From contig JAUCBJ010009163.1 in assembly GCA_032718475.1 (NCBI GenBank), positions 124,001 through 188,000 of the forward strand: a DNA stretch of 64,000 nt, written 5' to 3'. This document shows positions 47,805 to 60,467 of the stretch, in pieces (positions within the stretch are counted from its first letter, which is position 1; each line of letters starts with the position of its first letter). The position numbers and the translations under genes are program-made. Under the pieces are notes generated by a model. It saw only the letters and a list, made by a program, of their open reading frames with translations, ran no database searches and was not told the origin of the DNA. The stretch comes from Nemertoderma westbladi. Taxonomy: Eukaryota > Animalia > Xenacoelomorpha.

Positions 47805-50800
47805 TTTAATGAACGTAAAAAGAACAGGTAACACTTACATTTATAGAAGTAATCAGCTGTTATTTGCTACGTCTTTCCGCTGGAGATGGATGAATTTTGA
47901 TTGTGTCAGAACACCCCCTATCTGTGGCTTTCTGAGTGGAGAGAAAAGTAGCCTATCTCCCTATTAATATTGTTGTGTTCTAGAATATTTATTATAGTTT
48001 CATCGTATTGCTAAAGTGGCTGGAGCTAAAGTTATTATGTAATGTAATAATTCACCTCAAATATCTCAGCTATTTCATGAACATAATGAAGTATTAAAGC
48101 CATGTCAAAATCGTTGGTATTTTTCTGCAATAATTTATCAAAATATCCTCTGATTCTTTACTATAACCATATCGATTTTAATATTTATAACTTTTAACCC
48201 ACTCCACGAGATAGATAATCTTAAATGAAAATCAAAAGAACAGGTAAAACTTACATTTATAGATGTAATCAGTTGTTATTTGCTACGTCTTTCCGCTGGA
48301 GATGGATGAATTTTGATTGTGTCAGAACACCCCCTATCTGTGGCTTTGTGAGTGGAGATATAAGTAGCCTATCTCCCTATTAATATTGTTGTGTTCCAGA
48401 ATATTTATTATAGTTTCATCGTATTGCTAAAGTGGCTGGAGCTAAAGTTATTATGTAATGCAATAATTCACCTCAAATATCACAGCTATTTCATGAACAT
48501 AATGAAGTATTAAAGCCATATCAAAATACTTGGTGTTTTCTGTAATAATTATCAAAATATCCTTTGATTTTTTTCAAAAACCACATCGATTTTCTTATTT
48601 ATATCTTCTAACCCACTCCACGAGATAGAGAATCTTAAATGAAAGTCAAAAGAACAGGTAACACTTACATTTATAGAAGTAATCAGCTGTTATTTGCTAC
48701 GTCTTTCCGCTGAAGATGAATTAATTTTGATTGTGTCAGAACACCCCCTATCTGTGGCTTTCTGAGTGGAGATATAAGTAGCCTATCTCCCAATTAATAT
48801 TGTTGTGTTCTAGAATATTTTTTATAGTTTCATCGTATTGCCAAAGTGACTAGAGCTGAAGTTAACTCATAATACAATAATTCACCTCAAATATCTCAGC
48901 TATTTCATGAACATAATGAAGTATTAAAGCCATGTCAAAATCATTGGTGTTTTTCTGCAATAATTTATCAAAACATCCTCTGATTTTTTTCAAAAACCAC
49001 ATCGATTTTCTTATTTATATCCTCTAACCCACTCCACGAGATAGAGAATCTTAAATGAAAGTCAAAAGAACAGGTAACACTTACATTTATAGAAGTAATC
49101 AGCTGTTATTTGCTACGTCTTTCCGCTGAAAATGAATGAATTATTTCATATTTATAACTTCTATCCCACTCCACGAGATAGAGAATCTTAAATGAACGTC
49201 AAAAGAACAGGTAACACTTACATTTATAGCAGTAATCAGCTGTTATTTGCTACGTCTTTCCGCTGGAGATGGATGAATTTTGATTGCATTGGAACACCCC
49301 CTATCTGTGGCTGTATGAGTGGAGAGATAAGTAGCCTATCTCCCTGTTAATATTGTTGTGTTCTAGAATATTTATTATAGTTTCATCGTATTGCTAAAGT
49401 GACTAGAGCTGAAGTTAACTCATAATACAATAATTCACCTCAAATATCTCAGCTATTTCATGAACATAATGAAGTATTAAAGCCATGTCAAAATCCTTGG
49501 TGTTTTTCTGCAATAATTTATCAAAATATCCTCTGTTTTTTTACAAAAAGCATATCGATTTTCATATTTATAACTTCTAACCCACTCCAAGAGATAGAGA
49601 ATCTTAAATGAAAGTCACAAGAACAGGTAACACTTACAATTATAGCAGTAATAAGCTGTTATATGCTACGTCTTTCCGCTGGAGATGGATGAATTTTGAT
49701 TGTGTCAGAACACCGCCTATATCTGTGGCTGTCTAAGTGGAGAGATAAGTATCCTATTTCCGTGTTAATATTGTTGTGTTCTAGAATATTTATTATAGTT
49801 TCATCGTATTGCTAAAGTGGCTGGAGCTAAAGTTATTATGTAATGCAATAATTCACCTCAAATATCACAGCTATTTCATGAACATAATGAAGTATTAAAG
49901 CCATGTCAAAATACTTGGTGTTTTTCTGTAATAATTTATCAAAATATCCTCATATTTTTTTTAAAAACCATTTCGATTTTCTTATTTATATCTTCTAACC
50001 CACTCCACGAGATAGAGAATCTTAAATGAAAGTCAAAAGAACAGGTAACACTTACATTTATAGAAGTAATCAGCTGTTATTTGCTACGTCTTTCCGCTGA
50101 AGATGAATGAATTTTGATTGTGTCAGAACACCCCCTATCTGCGGCTTTCAGAGTGGAGAGATAAGTATCCTATCTCCCTATTAATATTGTTGTGTTCTAG
50201 AATATTTTTTATAGTTTCATCATATTGCCAAAGTTACTAGAGCTGAAGTTAACTCATAATACAATAATTCACCTCAAATATCTCAGCTATTTCATGAACA
50301 TAATGAAGTATTAAAGCCATGTCAAAATCCTTGGTATTTTTCTGCAATAATTTATCAAAATATCCTCTGATCCTTTACTATAACCATATCGATTTTCATA
50401 TTTATAACTTCTAACCCACTCCACGAGATAGCGAATCTTAAATGAATGTCAAAAGAACAGGTAACACTTACATTAATAGAAGTAATCAGCTGTTATTTGC
50501 TACATCTTTCTGCCAGAGATGGATGAATTTTGATTGTGTCAGAACACCCTCTATCTGTGGTTGTATTAGTGGAGAGATAAGTAGCCTATCTCGCTATTAA
50601 TATTGTTGTATTCTATAATATTTATTATAGTTTCATCGTATTGCTAAAGTGGCTGGAGCTAAAGTTATTATGTAATGCAATAATTCACCTCAAATATCTC
50701 AGCTATTTCATGAACATAATGAAGTATTAAAGCCATGTCAAAATCCTTCGTGTTTTTCTGCAATAATTGATCAAAATATCCTGTAATTTTTTACAAAAAC

Positions 50801-53800
50801 CATATCGATTTTCATATTTATAACTTCTATCCCACTCCACGAGATAGAGAATCTTAAATGAACGTCAAAAGAACAGGTAACACTTACATTAATAGAAGTA
50901 ATCAGCTGTTATTTGCTACATCTTTCTGCCAGAGATGGATGAATTTTGATTGTGTCAGAACACCCTCTATCTGTGGTTGTAGGAGTGGAGAGATAAGTAT
51001 CCTATCTCCCTATTAATATTGTTGTGTTCTAGAATATTTTTTATAGTTTCATCGTATTGCCAAAGTGACTGGAGCTGAAGTTAACTTATAATACTATAAT
51101 TCACCTCAAATATCTCAGCTATTTCATGAACATAATGAAGTATTAAAGCCATGTCAAAATCATTGGTGTTTTTCTGCAATAATTTATCAAAACATCCTCT
51201 GATTTTTTTCAAAAACCACATCGATTTTCTTATTTATATCTTCTAACCCACTCCACGAGATAGAGAATCTTAAATGAAGTCAAAAGAACAGGTAACACTT
51301 ACATTTAAAAGTAAAGTAAAAAAAAAAGACTTTATAGAAGTAATCAGCTGTTATTTGCTACGTCTTTCCGCTGGAGATGGATGAATTTTGATTGTGTCAG
51401 AACACCCCCTATCTGTGGCTTTCTGAGTGGAGAGAAAAGTAGCCTATCTCCCTATTAATATTGTTGTGTTCTAGAATATTTATTATAGTTTCATCGTATT
51501 GCTAAAGTGGCTGGAGCTAAAGTTATTATGTAATGTAATAATTCACCTCAAATATCTCAGCTATTTCATGAACATAATGAAGTATTAAAGCCATGTCAAA
51601 ATCCTTCGTGTTTTTCTGCAATAATTGATCAAAATATCCTGTAATTTTTTACAAAAACCATATCGATTTTCATATTTATAACTTCTATCCCACTCCACGA
51701 GATAGAGAATCTTAAATGAACGTCAAAAGAACAGGTAACACTTACATTTATAGAAGTAATCAGCTGTTATTTGCTACGTCTTTCCGCTGGAGATGGATGA
51801 ATTTTGATTGTGTCAGAACACCCCCTATCTGTGGCTTTCTGAGTGGAGAGATAAGTAGCCTATCTCCCTATTAATATTGTTGTGTTCTAGAATATTTTTT
51901 ATTGTTTCATCGTATTGCCAAAGTGACTGGAGCTGAAGTTAACTTATAATACTATAATTCACCTCAAATATCTCAGCTATTTCATGAACATGATGAAGTA
52001 TTAAATCCATGTCAAAATCCTTGGTGTTTTTCTGCAAGAATTTATCAAAATATCCTCTGTTTTTTTCAAAACCATATCGATTTTCATATTTATAACTTCT
52101 AACCCACTCCAAGAGATAGAGAATCTTAAATGAAAGTCAAAAGAACAGGTAACACTTACATTTATAGCAGTAATCAGCTGTTATATGCTACGTATTTCCG
52201 CTGGAGATGAATGAATTTTGATTGGTCAGAACACCCCCTATCTGTGGATGTCTGAGTGGAGAGATAAGTATCCTATCTCCCTGTTACTATTGTTGTGTTC
52301 TACAGTATAATATTTATTATAGTTTCATCGTATTGCCAAAGTGACTGGAGCTGAAGTTAACTCATAATACAATAACTCACCTCAAATTTTTCAGCAATTT
52401 CATGAACATAATGAAGTATTAAAGCCATGTCAAAATCCTTGGTGTTTTTCTGCAATAATTTATCAAAATATCCTCTGATTTTTTAGGAAAACCATATCGA
52501 TTTTCATATTTATAACTTCTAACCCACTCCACGAGATAGCGAATCTTAAATGAAAGTCAAAAGAACAGGTAACACTTACATTAATAGAAGTAATCAGCTG
52601 TTATTTGCTACATCTTTCTGCCAGAGATGGATGAATTTTGATTGTGTCAGAACACCCCCTATCTGTGGTTGTATGAGTGGAGAGATAAGTAGCCTATCTC
52701 GCTATTAATATTGTTGTATTCTATAATATTTATTATAGTTTCATCGTATTGCTAAAGTGGCTGGAGCTAAAGTAATGCAATAATTCACCTCAAATATCTC
52801 AGCTATTTCATGAACATAATGAAGTATTAAAGCCATGTCAAAATCCTTGGTATTTTTCTGCAATAATTTATCAAAATATCCTCTGATTCTTTACTATAAC
52901 CATATCGATTTTAATATTTATAACTTTTAACCCACTCCACGAGATAGATAATCTTAAATGAAAATCAAAAGAACAGGTAAAACTTACATTTATAGATGTA
53001 ATCAGTTGTTATTTGCTACGTCTTTCCGCTGGAGATGGATGAATTTTGATTGTGTCAGAACACCCCCTATCTGTGGCTTTGTGAGTGGAGATATAAGTAG
53101 CCTATCTTCCTATTAATATTGTTGTGTTCCAGAATATTTATTATAGTTTCATCGTATTGCTAAAGTGGCTGGAGCTAAAGTTATTATGTAATGCAATAAT
53201 TCACCTCAAATATCACAGCTATTTCATGAACATAATGAAGTATTAAAGCCATATCAAAATACTTGGTGTTTTCTGTAATAATTTATCAAAATATCCTTTG
53301 ATTTTTTTCAAAAACCACATCGATTTTCTTATTTATATCTTCTAACCCACTCCACGAGATAGAGAATCTTAAATGAAAGTCAAAAGAACAGGTAACACTT
53401 ACATTTATAGAAGTAATCAGCTGTTATTTGCTACGTCTTTCCGCTGAAGATGAATGAATTTTGATTGTGTCAGAACACCCCCTATCTGTGGCTTTCTGAG
53501 TGGAGATATAAGTAGCCTATCTCCCAATTAATATTGTTGTGTTCTAGAATATTTTTTATAGTTTCATCGTATTGCCAAAGTGACTAGAGCTGAAGTTAAC
53601 TCATAATACAATAATTCACCTCAAATATCTCAGCTATTTCATGAACATAATGAAGTATTAAAGCCATGTCAAAATCATTGGTGTTTTTCTGCAATAATTT
53701 ATCAAAACATCCTCTGATTTTTTACAAAAAGTATATCGATTTTCATATTTATAACTTCTAACCCACTCCAAGAGATAGAGAATCTTAAATGAAAGTCACA

Positions 53801-56800
53801 AGAACAGGTAACACTTACAATTATAGCAGTAATAAGCTGTTATTTGCTACGTCTTTCCGCTGAAAATGAATGAATTATTTCATATTTATAACTTCTATCC
53901 CACTCCACGAGATAGAGAATCTTAAATGAACGTCAAAAGAACAGGTAACACTTACATTTATAGCAGTAATCAGCTGTTATTTGCTACGTCTTTCCGCTGG
54001 AGATGGATGAATTTTGATTGCATTGGAACACCCCCTATCTGTGGCTGTATGAGTGGAGAGATAAGTAGCCTATCTCCCTGTTAATATTGTTGTGTTCTAG
54101 AATATTTATTATAGTTTCATCGTATTGCTAAAGTGACTAGAGCTGAATTTAACTCATAATACAATAATTCACCTCAAATATCTCAGCTATTTCATGAACA
54201 TAATGAAGTATTAAAGCCATGTCAAAATCCTTGGTGTTTTTCTGCAATAATTTATCAAAATATCCTCTGTTTTTTTACAAAAAGCATATCGATTTTCATA
54301 TTTATAACTTCTAACCCACTCCAAGAGATAGAGAATCTTAAATGAAAGTCACAAGAACAGGTAACACTTACAATTATAGCAGTAATAAGCTGTTATATGC
54401 TACGTCTTTCCGCTGGAGATGGATGAATTTTGATTGTGTCAGAACACCGCCTATATCTGTGGCTGTCTAAGTGGAGAGATAAGTATCCTATTTCCGTGTT
54501 AATATTGTTGTGTTCTAGAATATTTATTATAGTTTCATCGTATTGCTAAAGTGGCTGGAGCTAAAGTTATTATGTAATGCAATAATTCACCTCAAATATC
54601 ACAGCTATTTCATGAACATAATGAAGTATTAAAGCCATGTCAAAATACTTGGTGTTTTTCTGTAATAATTTATCAAAATATCCTCATATTTTTTTTAAAA
54701 ACCATTTCGATTTTCTTATTTATATCTTCTAACCCACTCCACGAGATAGAGAATCTTAAATGAAAGTCAAAAGAACAGGTAACACTTACATTTATAGAAG
54801 TAATCAGCTGTTATTTGCTACGTCTTTCCGCTGAAGATGAATGAATTTTGATTGTGTCAGAACACCCCCTATCTGCGGCTTTCAGAGTGGAGAGATAAGT
54901 ATCCTATCTCCCTATTAATATTGTTGTGTTCTAGAGTATTTTTTATAGTTTCATCATATTGCCAAAGTTACTAGAGCTGAAGTTAACTCATAATACAATA
55001 ATTCACCTCAAATATCTCAGCTATTTCATGAACATAATGAAGTATTAAAGCCATGTCAAAATCCTTGGTATTTTTCTGCAATAATTTATCAAAATATCCT
55101 CTGATCCTTTACTATAACCATATCGATTTTCATATTTATAACTTCTAACCCAATCCACGAGATAGCGAATCTTAAATGAATGTCAAAAGAACAGGTAACA
55201 CTTACATTAATAGAAGTAATCAGCTGTTATTTGCTACATCTTTCTGCCAGAGATGGATGAATTTTGATTGTGTCAGAACACCCTCTATCTGTGGTTGTAT
55301 TAGTGGAGAGATAAGTAGCCTATCTCGCTATTAATATTGTTGTATTCTATAATATTTATTATAGTTTCATCGTATTGCTAAAGTGGCTGGAGCTAAAGTT
55401 ATTATGTAATGCAATAATTCACCTCAAATATCTCAGCTATTTCATGAACATAATGAAGTATTAAAGCCATGTCAAAATCCTTCGTGTTTTTCTGCAATAA
55501 TTGATCAAAATATCCTGTAATTTTTTACAAAAACCATATCGATTTTCATATCCCACTCCACGAGATAGAGAATCTTAAATGAACGTCAAAAGAACAGGTA
55601 ACACTTACATTAATAGAAGTAATCAGCTGTTATTTGCTACATCTTTCTGCCAGAGATGGATGAATTTTGATTGTGTCAGAACACCCTCTATCTGTGGTTG
55701 TAGGAGTGGAGAGATAAGTATCCTATCTCCCTATTAATATTGTTGTGTTCTAGAATATTTTTTATAGTTTCATCGTATTGCCAAAGTGACTGGAGCTGAA
55801 GTTAACTTATAATACTATAATTCACCTCAAATATCTCAGCTATTTCATGAACATAATGAAGTATTAAAGCCATGTCAAAATCATTGGTGTTTTTCTGCAA
55901 TAATTTATCAAAACATCCTCTGATTTTTTTCAAAAACCACATCGATTTTCTTATTTATATCTTCTAACCCACTCCACGAGATAGAGAATCTTAAATGAAA
56001 GTCAAAAGAACAGGTAACACTTACATTTAAAAGTAAAGTAAAAAAAAAAGACTTTATAGAAGTAATCAGCTGTTATTTGCTACGTCTTTCCGCTGAAAAT
56101 GAATGAATTATTTCATATTTATAACTTCTATCCCACTCCACGAGATAGAGAATCTTAAATGAACGTCAAAAGAACAGGTAACACTTACATTTATAGCAGT
56201 AATCAGCTGTTATTTGCTACGTTTTTCCGCTGGAGATGGATGAATTTTGATTGCATTGGAACACCCCCTATCTGTGGCTGTATGAGTGGAGAGATAAGTA
56301 GCCTATCTCCCTGTTAATATTGTTGTGTTCTAGAATATTTATTATAGTTTCATCGTATTGCTAAAGTGACTAGAGCTGAAGTTAACTCATAATACAATAA
56401 ATCACCTCAAATATCTCAGCTATTTCATGAACATAATGAAGTATTAAAGCCATGTCAAAATCCTTGGTGTTTTTCTGCAATAATTTATCAAAATATCCTC
56501 TGTTTTTTTACAAAAAGCATATCGATTTTCATATTTATAACTTCTAACCCACTCCAAGAGATAGAGAATCTTAAATGAAAGTCACAAGAACAGGTAACAC
56601 TTACATTTATAGCAGTAATAAGCTGTTATATGCTATGTCTTTCCGCTGGAGATGGATGAATTTTGATTGTGTCAGAACACCGCCTTATCTGTGTGGCTGT
56701 CTAAGTGGAGAGATAAGTATCCTATTTCCGTGTTAATATTGTTGTGTTCTAGAATATTTATTATAGTTTCATCGTATTGCTAAAGTGGCTGGAGCTAAAG

Positions 56801-59800
56801 TTATTATGTAATGCAATAATTCACCTCAAATATCACAGCTATTTCATGAACATAATGAAGTATTAAAGCCATGTCAAAATACTTGGTGTTTTTCTGTAAT
56901 AATTTATCAAAATATCCTCATATTTTTTTTTAAAAACCATTTCGATTTTCTTATTTATATCTTCTAACCCACTCCACGAGATAGAGAATCTTAAATGAAA
57001 GTCAAAAGAACAGGTAACACTTACATTTATAGAAGTAATCAGCTGTTATTTGCTACGTCTTTCCGCTGGAGATGGATGAATTTTGATTGTGTCAGAACAC
57101 CCCCTATCTGCGGCTTTCAGAGTGGAGAGATAAGTATCCTATCTCCCTATTAATATTGTTGTGTTCTAGAATATTTTTTATAGTTTCATCGTATTGCCAA
57201 AGTTACTAGAGCTGAAGTTAACTCATAATACAATAATTCACCTCAAATATCTCAGCTATTTCATGAACATAATGAAGTATTAAAGCCATGTCAAAATCCT
57301 TGGTATTTTTCTGCAATAATTTATCAAAATATCCTCTGATTCTTTACTATAACCATATCGATTTTCATATTTATAACTTCTAACCCACTCCACGAGATAG
57401 CGAATCTTAAATGAAAGTCAAAAGAACAGGTAACACTTACATTAATAGAAGTAATCAGCTGTTATTTGCTACATCTTTCTGCCAGAGATGGATGAATTTT
57501 GATTGTGTCAGAACACCCCCTATCTGTGGTTGTATGAGTGGAGAGATAAGTAGCCTATCTCCCTATTAATATTGTTGTGTTCTAGAATATTTATTATAGT
57601 TTCATCGTATTGCCAAAGTGACTGGAGCTGAAGTTAACTTATAATGCAATAATTCACCTCAAATATCTCAGCTATTTCATGAACATAATGAAGTATTAAA
57701 GCCATGTCAAAATCCTTGGTGTTTTTCTGCAATAATTTATCAAAATATCCTCTGATTCTTTACTATAACCATATCGATTTTAATATTTATAACTTTTAAC
57801 CCACTCCACGAGATAGATAATCTTAAATGAAAATCAAAAGAACAGGTAAAACTTACATTTATAGATGTAATCAGTTGTTATTTGCTACGTCTTTCCGCTG
57901 GAGATGGATGAATTTTGATTGTGTCAGAACACCCCCTATCTGTGGCTTTGTGAGTGGAGATATAAGTAGCCTATCTCCCTATTAATATTGTTGTGTTCTA
58001 GAATATTTATTATAGTTTCATCGTATTGCTAAAGTGGCTGGAGCTAAAGTTATTATGTAATGCAATAATTCACCTCAAATATCACAGCTATTTCATGAAC
58101 ATAATGAAGTATTAAAGCCATATCAAAATACTTGGTGTTTTTCTGTAATAATTTATCAAAATATCCTCTGATTTTTTTCAAAAACCACATCGATTTTCTT
58201 ATTTATATCTTCTAACCCACTCCACGAGATAGAGAATCTTAAATGAAAGTCAAAAGAACAGGTAACACTTACATTTATAGAAGTAATCAGCTGTTATTTG
58301 CTACGTCTTTCCGCTGAAGATGAATGAATTTTGATTGTGTCAGAACACCCCCTATCTGTGGCTTTCTGAGTGGAGATATAAGTAGCCTATCTCCCAATTA
58401 ATATTGTTGTGTTCTAGAATATTTTTTATAGTTTCATCGTATTGCCAAAGTGACTAGAGCTGAAGTTAACTCATAATACAATAATTCACCTCAAATATCT
58501 CAGCTATTTCATGAACATAATGAAGTATTAAAGCCATGTCAAAATCATTGGTGTTTTTCTGCAATAATTTATCAAAACATCCTCTGATTTTTTTCAAAAA
58601 CCACATCGATTTTCTTATTTATATCTTCTAACCCACTCCACGAGATAGAGAATCTTAAATGAAAGTCAAAAGAACAGGTAACACTTACATTTATAGAAGT
58701 AATCAGCTGTTATTTGCTACGTCTTTCCGCTGAAAATGAATGAATTATTTCATATTTATAACTTCTATCCCACTCCACGAGATAGAGAATCTTAAATGAA
58801 CGTCAAAAGAACAGGTAACACTTACATTTATAGCAGTAATCAGCTGTTATTTGCTACGTCTTTCCGCTGGAGATGGATGAATTTTGATTGCATTGGAACA
58901 CCCCCTATCTGTGGCTGTATGAGTGGAGAGATAAGTAGCCTATCTCCCTGTTAATATTGTTGTGTTCTAGAATATTTATTATAGTTTCATCGTATTGCTA
59001 AAGTGACTAGAGCTGAAGTTAACTCATAATACAATAATTCACCTCAAATATCTCAGCTATTTCATGAACATAATGAAGTATTAAAGCCATGTCAAAATCC
59101 TTGGTGTTTTTCTGCAATAATTTATCAAAATATCCTCTGTTTTTTTACAAAAAGCATATCGATTTTCATATTTATAACTTCTAACCCACTCCAAGAGATA
59201 GAGAATCTTAAATGAAAGTCACAAGAACAGGTAACACTTACATTTATAGCAGTAATAAGCTGTTATATGCTACGTCTTTCCGCTGGAGATGGATGAATTT
59301 TGATTGTGTCAGAACACCGCCTTATCTGTGGCTGTCTAGAGTGGAGAGATAAGTATCCTATTTCCGTGTTAATATTGTTGTGTTCTAGAATATTTATTAT
59401 AGTTTCATCGTATTGCTAAAGTGGCTGGAGCTAAAGTTATTATGTAATGCAATAATTCACCTCAAATATCACAGCTATTTCATGAACATAATGAAGTATT
59501 AAAGCCATGTCAAAATACTTGGTGTTTTTCTGTAATAATTTATCAAAATATCCTCATATTTTTTTTAAAAACCATTTCGATTTTCTTATTTATATCTTCT
59601 AACCCACTCCACGAGATAGAGAATCTTAAATGAAAGTCAAAAGAACAGGTAACACTTACATTAATAGAAGTAATCAGCTGTTATTTGCTACATCTTTCTG
59701 CCAGAGATGGATGAATTTTGATTGTGTCAGAACACCCTCTATCTGTGGTTGTAGGAGTGGAGAGATAAGTAGCCTATCTCCCTATTAATATTGTTGTGTT

Positions 59801-59967
59801 CTAGAATATTTATTATAGTTTCATCGTATTGCTAAAGTGACTGGAGCTGAAGTTAACTTATAATACAATAATTCACCTCAAATATCTCAGCTATTTCATG
59901 AACATAATGAAGTATTAAAGCCATGTCAAAATCCTTGGTGTTTTTCTGCAATAATTTATCAAAATAT
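47805..59967. repeat. 416-bp satellite (block 5) with higher-order and segmental duplications
   Basis: Continuous monomers; diagnostic variants repeat at an offset of ~4.73 kb. Confidence 0.96.
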
Positions 59968-60467
59968 GTGAGGTTTGATCAAGAAATCGACCTACCGTTG
60001 CAAAATATTATTTCACATAATTAGAGGTTGAAGTCAAAATAGTTCATTTGGTATTAAAATATCGAATTTTATTTTTTGACTTTTTCTAGATCAGAATTTT
60101 TTGCTAATTCTGAAACTGTAAACGAAATTTTCATATCTATTTTAGTTTTGGAGTTATTTGATTTTTTGTAGACCTCACTCATTTTGAAATTATTATAAAT
60201 AAGTGGCCAAATATTTGTAAGATTCAGTAACAGTATTACTCAAAATACTATAATTGTATTTGTCCTACAGAATAATTTTTGCTATGAGTTTTCCTGTTCA
60301 GTGATTTAATTTCAATTGTTACTTTCCACGGCTGACGGATCATAGACTGTCGATCAGTCTGTTTGTCTGTCTGTCTGTGTGTCCGTTTGTCTGTCAAAAA
60401 TTAAGGAAACATGATATCTAACAAAATGTTTTGCTTTGGGGGTTTTCTCGGAAGGCGATTCCATTTC
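59968..60467. other. AT-rich non-satellite segment with a (GTCT)n-type microsatellite; possible fragment of an interspersed repeat
   Basis: Abrupt mid-monomer break at 59968; GTCTGTTTGTCTGTCTGTCTGTGTGTCCG tract at ~60357-60395. Confidence 0.45.

Noticed and set aside
1-59967. Short ORFs in satellite monomers (e.g. 16425-16631, 38335-38550, 39172-39483, 41051-41281)
   Set aside because: Chance open frames in AT-rich repeats; stops vary between monomers and there are no domain motifs
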